64,000 bases of DNA from an uncultured Bdellovibrionales bacterium (GCA_964551325.1 CAZKBU010000001.1:385184-449183), one strand, 5' to 3'; positions 48,837 to 59,171 are shown, counted from the stretch's first letter. Notes: a model not told the origin generated them from the letters alone. A program made the numbers and translations.

Positions 48837-49625
48837 AAGAAGATCGCCATCATTACCGGAGCCTCCGCGGGCCTGGGCAAGGAGTTCGCGCTTCAGGTGG
48901 AAAAGGAGTTCTTTCTCGACGAGATCTGGCTGATCGCGCGGCGGGCGGAGCCCATGAAGGAGCTCGCGGAAAAATTCACGAAGAGCAAGGGTATCTGCTT
49001 GTCCTTTGATCTAACCAACGAGGGCGACATGCTGGCCCTGCAGAAGCGCCTCTCCGACGAAAATCCCGAAATCGTGACGCTTGTGAACAACGCGGGCTAC
49101 GGGAAGATCGGGCCATTTGAAAAGCTAGGGCTCGGCGAACAGCTGGCGATGATCGACCTCAACGTGCGGTCCCTCACGGAGCTAACCCATGTGGCGCTTC
49201 CCTTCATGAAAAGCGGTGGGTCGATTCTTCAGGTGGCGTCCAGCATCGCGTTCTGTCCGGCGCCGAACTTCGCCGTCTATGCGGCCACGAAGGCCTATGT
49301 ACTCAGCCTTACAGAGGCGCTGAACTTCGAGCTGAAGGAGCGCGGCGTTCACGTGATGGCCGTCTGCCCGGGGCCGGTGGAGACCGAATTTTTCGCCGTC
49401 GCCCAAAAGAACGAGTTCATGAAAGACAAAGTTCCCGACGCCGTACCTTTCAATAAAGCGCTGATGGCTCACCCGAAGGACGTGGTGGAGCGAGCCATGA
49501 AGGATCTCCGGGCGAAGAAAGTGCGTTCGGTCTATGGTCTTCCGATCAAGCTGTTCGTAAACTCGATGAAGATTATGCCGAAGCAGCTCGCCATGCGGGT
49601 GATGGCCAAGCGCCGAATGGAGTGA
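48813..49625 (+). CDS. Short-chain dehydrogenase/reductase (SDR) family oxidoreductase.
   Basis: TGASAGLG cofactor motif, and S...Y-x3-K (YAATKAY) catalytic motif. Confidence 0.85.
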   Translation: MAKGKNGQKKIAIITGASAGLGKEFALQVEKEFFLDEIWLIARRAEPMKELAEKFTKSKGICLSFDLTNEGDMLALQKRLSDENPEIVTLVNNAGYGKIGPFEKLGLGEQLAMIDLNVRSLTELTHVALPFMKSGGSILQVASSIAFCPAPNFAVYAATKAYVLSLTEALNFELKERGVHVMAVCPGPVETEFFAVAQKNEFMKDKVPDAVPFNKALMAHPKDVVERAMKDLRAKKVRSVYGLPIKLFVNSMKIMPKQLAMRVMAKRRME

Positions 49626-50368
49626 AAATGAAAGTTCTACTCGCCCTGTTGTTAGCCACCACTTTCGCCCTGCCGGTTGCGGCCGACGGGATACGAGGCG
49701 TTCCTATTTTCGGCAAGTGGATTCCTGATCCCGACGGCGAGGGACATATTTCCGTAGGTGAAATCTCCGAACTGCGTGACATCGACACCAACGAGCTCGT
49801 CGGTTACGTGTTCCATCGGGATTTTCGCTCCTACTACATCGATCTCAATGAAGGTCAGCCGCATATCGAAGCCTGGGATTTCCCCTTGTCCTGCCAGTCT
49901 TTGCAGAATCCCGACGGCAAGGAATGCTTTGATTCGAAACTTGCGCGCGTAACTTTTGTTCCTTATCTCGGTGACCGCTTTCTTGGAGAACTGAAGGTGT
50001 CGATCGATCAGGAGCGAAACCTGTTCCGCGCCACGGTTAACGGCGAAACTTTCCTGGAAGTTGAAGGCGAAGGCATGACCATCACTGGCGGCGTGGTGAA
50101 GGAAGACCTTCAGCGCATGCCGGAAGAGCTGGTGGATCCGGCCGTGACCTGCGCCGACGGCATCACCTGCGTGCGCGCCCTGGTGTTTGGACGATTGGCC
50201 CACGATCAGCCTCGGCTCAGCGATAAGGCTCAGATTTTGGTACGCGATGGACGCACCGCGCATGTAGGAAGCCTCAAAGTGTTCAAGCCCAAGGCCTCCC
50301 TGAATGGGTCGCCGCACCGCTTCAAAACCGAGCAAGATCTTCTGGTAGGGCTCGGATTCGGTCTTTAA
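49622..50368 (+). CDS. Hypothetical secreted protein (signal peptide, several Cys residues).
   Basis: MKMKVLLALLLATTFALPVAA signal. No recognisable domain. Confidence 0.5.
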   Translation: MKMKVLLALLLATTFALPVAADGIRGVPIFGKWIPDPDGEGHISVGEISELRDIDTNELVGYVFHRDFRSYYIDLNEGQPHIEAWDFPLSCQSLQNPDGKECFDSKLARVTFVPYLGDRFLGELKVSIDQERNLFRATVNGETFLEVEGEGMTITGGVVKEDLQRMPEELVDPAVTCADGITCVRALVFGRLAHDQPRLSDKAQILVRDGRTAHVGSLKVFKPKASLNGSPHRFKTEQDLLVGLGFGL

Positions 50369-50393
50369 GCCCCGCCTCTGCTATAGTTCCGGC

Positions 50394-51311
50394 ATGCTGC
50401 AGAATAAAAATATTCGGATCATCGGTGTGCCGAGCGACTTGGGCGCGAGCCGTCGCGGCGTGGATATGGGTCCATCGGCCCTTCGTATCGCCAATCTTGG
50501 CACCAAATTGAAATCATTAGGCTATCAGGTGGAAGACATCGGTAACGTGCCGGTGGCCGTGCGCGAGTCACTTTCGCAAACTGATCCCAAAGTGCGCTTT
50601 CTTCCGGAAATTATTTCGTTCACCAAGGAAATCAAGGATCGCGTTTACCAGTCGCTGAAAGACGGACGCATGCCGCTCGTGATCGGCGGCGACCACTCCT
50701 TGGCCGTGGGTTCGCTGGCCGGGGTCTCCAAGTTTTATGCCGAGAAAAAGGCCCGGGTGGGCGTGATTTGGATCGATGCTCACGCCGACATCAACGTGCC
50801 GGAAACGAGCCTCTCCGGAAACATTCACGGAATGCCCCTCGCCCATGCCCTCGGCGTGGGAAACAAACAACTCCTGGCCGTAGGTGATCAAACGCCGATG
50901 GTGGAGCCGTCGCGCACCGTGCTCATTGGAATTCGCGATCTCGATCAGGGCGAAAAAGACACGATTCGTGAACTGGGCGTGCGCGCCTTCACCATGCGCG
51001 ACATCGATGAGCTCGGCATGAGAAACGTGCTTCAGGAAGCGATTCGCATCGCCACCAACGGAACCGCTGGATTCCATCTCTCCTTCGACGTGGACAGCAT
51101 GGATCCGACCGTGGCCCCGGGCGTGGGAACTCCCGTTCGCGGAGGAACCACCTACCGCGAGGGACACCTCGCGATGGAGATTCTCCACGACTCAGGAAAA
51201 ATGCTTTCGATGGACGTGGCCGAGGTTAACCCCGTGCTCGACATCTCCAACCAAACCGCCGACCTCGCCGTGGAGATCGTGCTGAGCGCGTTCGGTAAGA
51301 GAATTCTCTAA
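50394..51311 (+). CDS. rocF: Arginase/agmatinase family enzyme (probable arginase).
   Basis: GGDHS, DAHAD and SFDVDSMDP manganese-binding motifs. Confidence 0.85.
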   Translation: MLQNKNIRIIGVPSDLGASRRGVDMGPSALRIANLGTKLKSLGYQVEDIGNVPVAVRESLSQTDPKVRFLPEIISFTKEIKDRVYQSLKDGRMPLVIGGDHSLAVGSLAGVSKFYAEKKARVGVIWIDAHADINVPETSLSGNIHGMPLAHALGVGNKQLLAVGDQTPMVEPSRTVLIGIRDLDQGEKDTIRELGVRAFTMRDIDELGMRNVLQEAIRIATNGTAGFHLSFDVDSMDPTVAPGVGTPVRGGTTYREGHLAMEILHDSGKMLSMDVAEVNPVLDISNQTADLAVEIVLSAFGKRIL

Positions 51312-51317
51312 AAGTTA

Positions 51318-51722
51318 CTACTGCTGCTGCTCGGTGGCCGATTCCGCCGCGGGCGCCGCATCCTGAGTGTCGGCTTTTTCGCCGCGCTTACGATCATTGT
51401 TCTTCAGACGCTGAATCCGGTTGCTCTGGCGATCCTGCATCTTTTCAATTCGCGCCTTCTCCTGATCGGTAACCTCGCCGTCGGCCTCAGCCCGGCGCTC
51501 CGCGCGATTCACGCGCCGCTGGCCCTGTCGCAAACTGCGGGCCTCACCGCGAGTAAGCTCACCGCTTCGGGCGCCCTGGCGAATGCGCGCACCCTGGCGC
51601 GCCTGACGACGGTCTTCCCGTGCCGCGTCCACATCAAACGCGGCCAACGCAGCCACGATTCCCACAAAAACCATAATCAGCTTCGAACCCATGAGCACTC
51701 TCCCATAATCCGTTTGTTTCAC
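51318..51722 (-). CDS. Secreted basic repeat protein, possibly of the Spy/CpxP (LTxxQ) family.
   Basis: Signal-like MGSKLIMVFVGIVAALAA segment, then Arg/Gln/Glu-rich helical repeats with LT/VTxxE motifs. The start is probably the internal Met. Confidence 0.4.
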   Translation of the reverse strand: MKQTDYGRVLMGSKLIMVFVGIVAALAAFDVDAAREDRRQARQGARIRQGARSGELTRGEARSLRQGQRRVNRAERRAEADGEVTDQEKARIEKMQDRQSNRIQRLKNNDRKRGEKADTQDAAPAAESATEQQQ

Positions 51723-51803
51723 TCTAGGGCTCTATATCGGCATGCTCTCCGAAATACTTGTACACGGTGACACAACGCCCCCAGCCATGTTAGATCGGCT
51801 GCC

Positions 51804-52058
51804 ATGAAACAGCCCTCGGCCAAAGAACTTCTCGACGCGAACTACACCTGGCCCACCACTTACACCTTTAAGTTCATCATGCCGGAAACAGAGCTCGCGA
51901 CTTTTCGCGGACTGTTCGCGGGCCACGAGTTCGAAATTCGCCGCTCGGAGAAGGGAAAGTACGTAGCGCTCAATCTCACACTCATGATGGAGTCGAGCGA
52001 CGCGGTGCTGGCCGTTTACACCAAGGTTGGAATTATTAAGGGATTGATCGCCCTTTGA
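51804..52058 (+). CDS. DUF493/YbeD (UPF0250) family protein.
   Basis: ELLDANYTWPTTYTFKFIM aligns with the E. coli YbeD N-terminus. Length is 84 aa. Confidence 0.65.
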   Translation: MKQPSAKELLDANYTWPTTYTFKFIMPETELATFRGLFAGHEFEIRRSEKGKYVALNLTLMMESSDAVLAVYTKVGIIKGLIAL

Positions 52059-52527
52059 GCCGCTGCTCCGCTTCGATCTGCTCTTTCACGGAGCGCCGCA
52101 AACGGTCCCTCTCCTCAAGAAGAGCCACTCGATCCGAGGCCTCTATTCTTTGAAGTGCCAGCACCCGGGTAAACTCAGGCGCCAACTGAGCCCTCACACC
52201 AACTCTACGAATGAGCCCCGACCCCACCCATTTCTCGAGCAACACCTCAGGTTTTCCATCGGAACTTAGCACCGCCTCTAAGAACGCCCCTGCGGCCACG
52301 GCGGGAAAAAGTTTTTCCGCCATCGAAACCGCGGCTTTGCCTAAAACCGCCCGAAGCTCGGATTCAAATTCCGCGCGGGCGCGATCAACGTCGCCCGAAG
52401 CCACAACGGACACAAAGGCGCTCGACTCCCAAGGAACATTGCCTCCCACCGTCGGCGCTTTCCCCTCGTTAAACAGGGAAAGTATCGCGATGAGAACAGG
52501 GCCGATAATATCGAGAAGAACTAGCAC
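52036..52527 (-). CDS. Hypothetical protein.
   Basis: 163 aa ORF with an N-terminal hydrophobic segment. No recognised motifs. Confidence 0.35.
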   Translation of the reverse strand: MLVLLDIIGPVLIAILSLFNEGKAPTVGGNVPWESSAFVSVVASGDVDRARAEFESELRAVLGKAAVSMAEKLFPAVAAGAFLEAVLSSDGKPEVLLEKWVGSGLIRRVGVRAQLAPEFTRVLALQRIEASDRVALLEERDRLRRSVKEQIEAEQRLKGRSIP

Positions 52528-52536
52528 GCAGAGACT

Positions 52537-52788
52537 CTACCAAACCTGGCCTGGACACTTCTGCTGAAACTGCTGTTTTCGAAGCGTACTCGCGCAGTTG
52601 TTGTTCTGAGATCCGTCTTTAAGCGTGGCGCAAACTTTGGCGGTCAACTCTTCCTGAGACTCGGCTTCAAAATCCTTTTTTCCGGTGCTGCAACCGTTTT
52701 CCGTGAGCTGATAGGAATCCTTGAACTCCTGTTTTCCACAGCCCACCGCAGCCCCTAGAATCAAAGCCGAAATTAGAAATGTTTTCAT
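52537..52788 (-). CDS. Small Cys-rich lipoprotein (MKTFLISALILGAAVGCG lipobox).
   Basis: Start chosen at the internal Met. Six Cys residues in about 83 aa. Confidence 0.4.
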   Translation of the reverse strand: MKTFLISALILGAAVGCGKQEFKDSYQLTENGCSTGKKDFEAESQEELTAKVCATLKDGSQNNNCASTLRKQQFQQKCPGQVW

Positions 52789-52833
52789 GGCGAGGACCTT
52801 ACCTTCGCCCCCATCCCAGGGCAACATGGAGAA

Positions 52834-53220
52834 ATGAAACTATTTCTCCTTATTGTTTTGGCCCTTTCAGGATGCGCTTCACGCCCTCAACTCTACCCGA
52901 ACAAGAAACTCCAGGAAGCCGGTCGCGAGGTTGCGGACAGCGACGTAGCCGCCTGCGAAAAACTGGCCGACGACTACATGACCAGCGGCAAAGGAAAAGA
53001 TATCGCGTCCGGCGCGGGCAAGGGCGCGGCAGTAGGCGGGGTCACAGGGGCGGTGGCGGGAATTTTTACCGGCAATGCGGGGCGCGGAGCACTTTTTGGA
53101 GCGGCCGTTGGCGGTGCCGCCGGTGGAGCGTCCTCCGCCGTGAGTCCAGACGAGGTGAAACGCAACTATGTGAATCACTGCCTGGAAGAAAAGGGCTACA
53201 AGGTGATGGGCTGGAAGTGA
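52834..53220 (+). CDS. Glycine-zipper outer-membrane lipoprotein (SlyB/Pcp-like).
   Basis: Lipobox LALSGCAS and a GxxxG-rich glycine zipper (GAGKGAAVGGVTGAVAGIFTGNAG). Confidence 0.55.
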   Translation: MKLFLLIVLALSGCASRPQLYPNKKLQEAGREVADSDVAACEKLADDYMTSGKGKDIASGAGKGAAVGGVTGAVAGIFTGNAGRGALFGAAVGGAAGGASSAVSPDEVKRNYVNHCLEEKGYKVMGWK

Positions 53221-53811
53221 TTAGTGGGTGAGCTGAGCGCCCCAGGGGTGCTTTTCCGGGTATGCCTTCCCGAGTGCATCAGCTAGCCACTCGCGCTGCT
53301 GCCCCCATAGGTGAGGAACCGTGGACTCGAAATCCCGGGCGTCTTTTTCCAAGAATAGATTCGACTTAAAGAGAAGCTGCACTTCCGGACGAAGCAGCGG
53401 ATAGCCGTGGCGGAATTCGCCGATCGAACTGGCCTCAAGTTGAATCGAATGATTGCGGCGATAAATCCAACGACCGTCCATTTGATCGGCCAACATCACC
53501 TGCAGGCGCCAATGGGAGTCGCCCTTGCGACGGACCCAGAAATTCCAATGGTTCCGCTGAACGTCCTCGGGACCCGCTATCGGAATAAGTTGCCCGCGAT
53601 CGGCCAGGAAAAACTCGTGTCCCTCGAGGGCACGAAAAAGTCCGGGGAGATGCTCCCGAAACACGGTGATGTCGATGTCTTCGTGGAGGCGGGTCACGTG
53701 CCCGATCCAAAGATCAAGGCCCCATCCCCCGGAGATCCACCAGGGAAAGTCGGCGAACTCGAGCTGAGAAAGCAGCTCGTCGGGACTGTAGGGCTTCCAA
53801 CTTTCCTTCAT
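53221..53811 (-). CDS. Polymerase-beta-like nucleotidyltransferase family protein (aminoglycoside/lincosamide NTase-like).
   Basis: SGGWGLDLWIG...HEDIDITV motif (GG...DxD). Confidence 0.5.
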   Translation of the reverse strand: MKESWKPYSPDELLSQLEFADFPWWISGGWGLDLWIGHVTRLHEDIDITVFREHLPGLFRALEGHEFFLADRGQLIPIAGPEDVQRNHWNFWVRRKGDSHWRLQVMLADQMDGRWIYRRNHSIQLEASSIGEFRHGYPLLRPEVQLLFKSNLFLEKDARDFESTVPHLWGQQREWLADALGKAYPEKHPWGAQLTH

Positions 53812-53990
53812 GGGCGCAATCTACTCTCGCCTGGGAAGGGCGCCTAGCCACGTGGCGTTAGCCCCAATCTCGCCATCCCGGCGACCCCAAGCCCAACAAA
53901 ATGCCGCTCCGCATTGCGAAAGGGCCCTTTGGGGAGATAAGAACCTGTGCCTAACCCGGCAGTCCACCTTCGGAGCAAATATAAATAACC

Positions 53991-54347
53991 TCAATTTCTC
54001 TGATTCAATATTCCACGGATACCACTGGCCGCCCTTACGAGAAGTTCCTGACCTCTTCGCGTAACACTAAGAATTTTCTTTCGGGCATCCCTCGGATCAT
54101 CTGCTACGAAAATTGCTTCTTTTCGCTGTAGCCGCTTGAAGCTTTGAGTGAGGGTGCTCGGATGCATTCCCAGTGTATCGGCGAGCTGCTGTGGCGAGCA
54201 CCCCGGCATGTCCCGAAGCGCAACCAAAAGATGGTACTGCACCAGGCTTAGTCCGAAGCCAGCCTCAGCATCTTTATTTAAACAATGAAACTCCAAATTT
54301 TCCCGCACCAAACGGGACACTTCAATTTCCAACGTTTTGTTTTCCAT
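53991..54347 (-). CDS. MarR family transcriptional regulator.
   Basis: 118 aa winged-HTH protein (LSLVQYHLLVAL...). Confidence 0.8.
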   Translation of the reverse strand: MENKTLEIEVSRLVRENLEFHCLNKDAEAGFGLSLVQYHLLVALRDMPGCSPQQLADTLGMHPSTLTQSFKRLQRKEAIFVADDPRDARKKILSVTRRGQELLVRAASGIRGILNQRN

Positions 54348-55104
54348 TTTTCTCTGCCTTGATTAACACCTTAAGGACACGGTTTATCTCATTTTGTCGC
54401 TCTACAAAAAACTGAGCTTGAGACGCCTTCTTTTTTCCAACCCTTGCCGTGATGATCCGACTATCGGGAAGAGAAAAAACGTCCTCATCCGTGTCGTCGT
54501 CTCCAATATAAAATGCACACTTAAGATCCAACTTAATCATGGCCTCCAGTAATGCTACACCCTTGTGCGGCCCCCCGGCAGGAATCAAGTTCATTACGCT
54601 TTTTCCCAAGATTACTCTCGGTGGCGGCTGTAGTTTTTCGATTAATGCAAAGAGGGACAATTTCGCCTTCTTCTTATTTCTAGACTTCCGATAATGAAGC
54701 GCGAGGGAGTACGTCTTGTCCTCCACAAAGGTGCCTGGGTCTGATTTCAGCGCTCCCCAATTGCTTCTAATTTGATCTGCCCAACCGGCGCAAACGCCTT
54801 TGGCTTTGGCTATAGAGTCCTTATGAATACCAAGCCCCTCCACACCATGATTGCCGATCAAAAGATTTCCGTGGAGACTAACCCGCTGCTTTAAATCAGA
54901 CACCGATCGACCTGAAATGATGGCGGTTGGAGCCAGTTCGGCCAATTCATTTAGGAGCCGCATCGTTTCAGATGAAATTCCCGCATCCTCTGGCTTTGAA
55001 ACAATAGGAGCAAGCGTCCCATCGAAGTCAAACGCATATAGAGCTTTTGTAAAAGATAATGCTTCGAGCACCCGCAGACCCGGGACTGAAAAGAGATTCT
55101 TCAT
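54322..55104 (-). CDS. otsB: Trehalose-6-phosphate phosphatase (HAD-IIB).
   Basis: FDFDGTL motif I and C-terminal GDDDTDEDVF. Confidence 0.8.
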   Translation of the reverse strand: MKNLFSVPGLRVLEALSFTKALYAFDFDGTLAPIVSKPEDAGISSETMRLLNELAELAPTAIISGRSVSDLKQRVSLHGNLLIGNHGVEGLGIHKDSIAKAKGVCAGWADQIRSNWGALKSDPGTFVEDKTYSLALHYRKSRNKKKAKLSLFALIEKLQPPPRVILGKSVMNLIPAGGPHKGVALLEAMIKLDLKCAFYIGDDDTDEDVFSLPDSRIITARVGKKKASQAQFFVERQNEINRVLKVLIKAEKNGKQNVGN

Positions 55105-57350
55105 CCACTCGATCCTTCTTGCAAAGAAGATTCACTCAAGCGAATTCGCCCCATTAGTCTTTGCCTTTGTCTCATGCGAGCCGCATCCATTAGCATTCGG
55201 CCAGCCCACCGGTAGACGTTATATTCTTGAACCAACCCTCTCATGCTTCGCATCCGATCCCTTTGCTCACTTACTGGCATTGTGAGGGCAATATGGAGAG
55301 CAGTAGCACACTGATCAATATTATACGGATTTACCACAAGGGCCTCGGGAAGCTCACGAGCCGCGCCCGTAAATTGACTCAAGATCAATACGCCTTTTTC
55401 ATCGTCACGGGCGGCAATAAATTCCTTTGCCACGAGATTCATCCCGTCGTGAAGACTAGTGACCATGCATACATCAGCGGCTCGGTAATTTTCAAACACC
55501 TGATCCGGCTCGTGGTGCTCCACTTTAAGACATATAGGCGCATAGCCTGGGCCTCCAAATCGATCATTGATTCTCTCGGCCAACGCACGCACCTCGGCAT
55601 CAAAATTTTGATACTGCTCAATGCTAGAGCGGCTTGGCGCTGCAATTTGGATAAACGAGAATTTTCCAATCCATTCCGGAAAAAGCTCCAAAAGTCGCTC
55701 CACCGCCATAAACCGCTCGATGATACCCTTGGTGTAATCGAGCCGATCCACACCAATTCCGATTCGTCGGTCTTGAGCCATTGAATTTCTAGTCAAAACT
55801 TTTTCCCGGCATTCAGAATGGGAACTTTGATTTTTCAGCCAACGCGGGGGCCATTCGATTGAGATGGGATAGTTTTGTACTGCGGTAAGTTTTCCACCAA
55901 ATGAAATCGTAGAGTTTTCGCGATCGAGTCTGGCTTCCAAAAACCGGTCTACAGTGTCTACAAAGTTATTGCAGTGAAATTTCGTGTGAAACCCGACTAT
56001 GCTGCTTCCAAGTAGGCCCGAAAGGATCTCCTCCCTCCACGGACAAATTCCAAATGCCTCCGGATTGGGCCAAGGAATGTGCCAAAATGTTATGATAGTG
56101 GCGTTAGGCAGTTTTTCCCGAATCATCTTCGGCAAAAGCGCAAAGTGGTAGTCTTGCACTAAAATTACCGGATCGTCGGTCTTAGATTCTTCTACAACCA
56201 CTTTGGCAAATTTTTCATTTACCTCAACGTACTGCTTCCAATCCGAAGTTCGAAATGTGGGTCGAGTATGGGCAATATGACAAAGGGGCCAGAGTCCCTC
56301 ATTTGAAAATCCATAGTAATAGCCGGCCTCCTGTTCCTTAGTGAGCCACACGCGCCTAATCTGATAGGAAGGATTTTCCGGAGGCACACGAACATGATCA
56401 TTTTCATCAACAGAGTCTCGGTCCGCAGATCCTCCGCCATGCGCAATCCACGTTCCAGAACAAGCCCGCATGATCGGCTCTAAAGCTGTCACCAATCCAC
56501 TTGCGGGCATTTGAATCTCAATCTTATTTTCCTTTTTGATGTGGATATAGGGCTCCCGGTTCGACACAATCAAAACTTCGTCGCCAGCCAAATCCTCATT
56601 GAGAATTTTTTTGAGGGTTTTCGGCGCCCATGCAATTTGTCCCACGTCCTTCACACGTCGGTCTTGTTCGAGATCGCGAACCAAAGCCCGTAGGTCTCTT
56701 GCAAGTGGGCGCAACTCTGGCGAGTAGACCTGGGAGTGCGCTTTCAATAACCCCTCACCCTTAAGAAGGGCCCTCATACCTTTCACAAGACCCCTTTGGC
56801 TAAACTGAGCAATCGCTACTGTTACAAACGAAATCACGGCCGCCAAGGCGACAAAGAGATAGAAAACATACGCTTTTGTGTCGCGATTTCTGCGGTCGAT
56901 GAAACTCATGTCATGGACGAGCATCAGCCTTCCCAGTGTTACTCCATCGGCCCTGATCGGGTGAACGGCAACATGTAGGGATCCGGATTGTTGTGAGATA
57001 ATTTTACTTTTCCCATCGTCCAGAAAATATGAGGAGTCGCACCTCAATTGTTGCGGAAAAGTGTGCGTCTTATAAAGAAGGGAGTTGCCGGTGTCGCAAA
57101 ATCCAAGAGCAAAAAGTCTTTCGTCTTGAATGGCTCGATCAAAAAATTTTGAAACTTTTACGGAAGACCTCGCGCGAATCAACTCTACAAGGGGCTCATG
57201 TATCGTGTTGGTAATGAGCCCAGATCGAATATCCAAGTCGCGGATAGACCACTTGAGAGTCAGCGCACCGGCCAAGGGGACGATCCCGTATGCGATCAAT
57301 CCAAGAACAACGGCAAGCGGTAAAATAAATCGAAGCGCTAATTTCACCAA
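55101..57350 (-). CDS. otsA: Alpha,alpha-trehalose-phosphate synthase (GT20) with an N-terminal membrane anchor and linker extension of about 280 aa.
   Basis: GT20 core (GFSNEGLWPLCH..., IITFWHIPWP). N-terminal TM helices. Confidence 0.85.
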   Translation of the reverse strand: MVKLALRFILPLAVVLGLIAYGIVPLAGALTLKWSIRDLDIRSGLITNTIHEPLVELIRARSSVKVSKFFDRAIQDERLFALGFCDTGNSLLYKTHTFPQQLRCDSSYFLDDGKSKIISQQSGSLHVAVHPIRADGVTLGRLMLVHDMSFIDRRNRDTKAYVFYLFVALAAVISFVTVAIAQFSQRGLVKGMRALLKGEGLLKAHSQVYSPELRPLARDLRALVRDLEQDRRVKDVGQIAWAPKTLKKILNEDLAGDEVLIVSNREPYIHIKKENKIEIQMPASGLVTALEPIMRACSGTWIAHGGGSADRDSVDENDHVRVPPENPSYQIRRVWLTKEQEAGYYYGFSNEGLWPLCHIAHTRPTFRTSDWKQYVEVNEKFAKVVVEESKTDDPVILVQDYHFALLPKMIREKLPNATIITFWHIPWPNPEAFGICPWREEILSGLLGSSIVGFHTKFHCNNFVDTVDRFLEARLDRENSTISFGGKLTAVQNYPISIEWPPRWLKNQSSHSECREKVLTRNSMAQDRRIGIGVDRLDYTKGIIERFMAVERLLELFPEWIGKFSFIQIAAPSRSSIEQYQNFDAEVRALAERINDRFGGPGYAPICLKVEHHEPDQVFENYRAADVCMVTSLHDGMNLVAKEFIAARDDEKGVLILSQFTGAARELPEALVVNPYNIDQCATALHIALTMPVSEQRDRMRSMRGLVQEYNVYRWAGRMLMDAARMRQRQRLMGRIRLSESSLQEGSSG

Positions 57351-57372
57351 AGTACTGTATTCTCATTTTACT

Positions 57373-57384
57373 TTGATATCAAAT
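57373..57384. promoter_or_regulatory. Perfect palindrome TTTGATATCAAA in the 51-bp divergent otsA / GH15 promoter region. Candidate operator.
   Basis: Read from the sequence. Resembles TTTGATTTCAAA upstream of peptide gene 2. Confidence 0.35.
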
Positions 57385-57401
57385 TAAAGTACGATTTTTG
57401 G

Positions 57402-59171
57402 ATGTATCCGTATGGCTTAATCGGAAATTGCCAGATTTCTGCCCTCGTTTCGAAAGAAGGCTCAATTGATTGGCTCTGCCTTCCGCGCCCCGACAGCGAT
57501 CCAGTTTTTGGAAAAATTTTAGATGAAAATGGAGGCCACTTTTCAATCAGCCACGATGGCGACAGCGCCTTTTCAAGGCAATACTACCGCGAAAACACCA
57601 ACGTTCTTGTAACTGAAGTTGGCAAACCCGGCGGCGACTGTTTCAGAATCACCGATTTTTGCCCAAGATTTGAACAGTTTGGACGCGTATACCGTCCTAT
57701 GTCGATTTTCAGAATCGTAGAACCAATCTCTGGATCGCCCTCCATTAAAGTGTCTTGTAAGCCGGTATCCGGATGGAACAAACAAGATGTAAAATCTATT
57801 CGCGGAAATAGCCATCTTCGCTTTGAAATCAGAGGCGATAGCTTGCGATTAACCACGAACATGCCCCTCACATACCTTTATGAGGAAACCTCTTTTCAGC
57901 TCAAAGAAAAAATTTATTTTGGCCTTACGTGGAGCACTGCGATCGAGGAAGATCTCATTCAAGTTAGCGAACGCTTTCTTCAACAGACCATTCAATACTG
58001 GCGCACTTGGGTAAAACACTGTTCCATTCCCAGTCTCTTTCAGCAAGAAACAATTCGGTCGGCATTAGCATTGAAATTGCATTGCTACGAAGATACCGGG
58101 GCGATTCTCGCTGCGCTCACAACAAGTTTACCTGAGGAGCCGGGGTCCACTCGAAACTGGGACTATCGCTATTGCTGGCTTCGCGATGCTCATTTTGTCT
58201 TATCTGCATTTCATAATTTGGGGCACTTTGAAGAAATGGAAGGATTTTTGAAGTTCTTCCTTGGGGTAGCCCAAAAACAAGAGACCTCAAGAGAACGCCT
58301 CGCCCCCGTTTACACTCTCAGCCAGGGGCTACCAATGCCCGAAACAGAACACCCCAACTGGGGCGGCCACTCGGCGAGCACTCCGGTTCGAACCAACAAC
58401 CAGGCAGCGGAGCATATTCAAAATGACGTTTATGGAGAGATGGTTTTAACCCTCGCGCCCATCTATTTTGATGAACGTTTTTTTCATCTTCGAGATAAAG
58501 ACCACGAAGATTTGTTGGCCCACCTCGCAAAACTCTGTGATCGATCCATCTCTAAACCCGACGCTGGTCTTTGGGAGGTTCGTGATGGATGGCAGGAACA
58601 CAGTTTTACTAACTTAATGTGCTGGGCGGGCCTGGAACGAATATCTCGAATTCAAAATTTCAATTACTTAAAGAATACATCTTTCGATATTTTGGCAGCC
58701 CGTGATCGTGCCCATGCGGCCATTGTCGCAGCCACAAAAGAGGGGTCAATTCGAAATGGGCCCACGGATTCTAGCCTAGACTCCGCCCTTTCACTTTCTG
58801 CCATCCTGCGCCTTCCCAATAATACTTTGTGCCTAAAGACGATTCAGGACATCCGAAAAAATCTCGCCCTAGATTCGGACACTAATTTTTTTTATCGCTA
58901 CACACGCAAAGACGACTTTGGTAAGCCCCGTTCGGCCTTCTTAATCTGCTCTTTTTGGATAGCGCATGCACTGGCTCGACTGGGTGAAAAAGAAGAGGCC
59001 AAACGTGTTTTTGAAAATGCCCTAACCTCGGCTAATCATGTGGGGCTGCTTTCAGAGCATTATTTGCCGTCGAGCAAAACACAGCTCGGAAATTTCCCTC
59101 AGGCCTATTCTCATGTTGGTCTCATCAACGCCGCGTTTGCCATCAGCCCACCTTGGAGTGAGGTTTTATAG
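57402..59171 (+). CDS. Glycoside hydrolase family 15 (glucoamylase / trehalase-like).
   Basis: N-terminal YGLIGNCQISALVSKEGSIDWLC GH15 signature. Length is 589 aa. Confidence 0.85.
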   Translation: MYPYGLIGNCQISALVSKEGSIDWLCLPRPDSDPVFGKILDENGGHFSISHDGDSAFSRQYYRENTNVLVTEVGKPGGDCFRITDFCPRFEQFGRVYRPMSIFRIVEPISGSPSIKVSCKPVSGWNKQDVKSIRGNSHLRFEIRGDSLRLTTNMPLTYLYEETSFQLKEKIYFGLTWSTAIEEDLIQVSERFLQQTIQYWRTWVKHCSIPSLFQQETIRSALALKLHCYEDTGAILAALTTSLPEEPGSTRNWDYRYCWLRDAHFVLSAFHNLGHFEEMEGFLKFFLGVAQKQETSRERLAPVYTLSQGLPMPETEHPNWGGHSASTPVRTNNQAAEHIQNDVYGEMVLTLAPIYFDERFFHLRDKDHEDLLAHLAKLCDRSISKPDAGLWEVRDGWQEHSFTNLMCWAGLERISRIQNFNYLKNTSFDILAARDRAHAAIVAATKEGSIRNGPTDSSLDSALSLSAILRLPNNTLCLKTIQDIRKNLALDSDTNFFYRYTRKDDFGKPRSAFLICSFWIAHALARLGEKEEAKRVFENALTSANHVGLLSEHYLPSSKTQLGNFPQAYSHVGLINAAFAISPPWSEVL

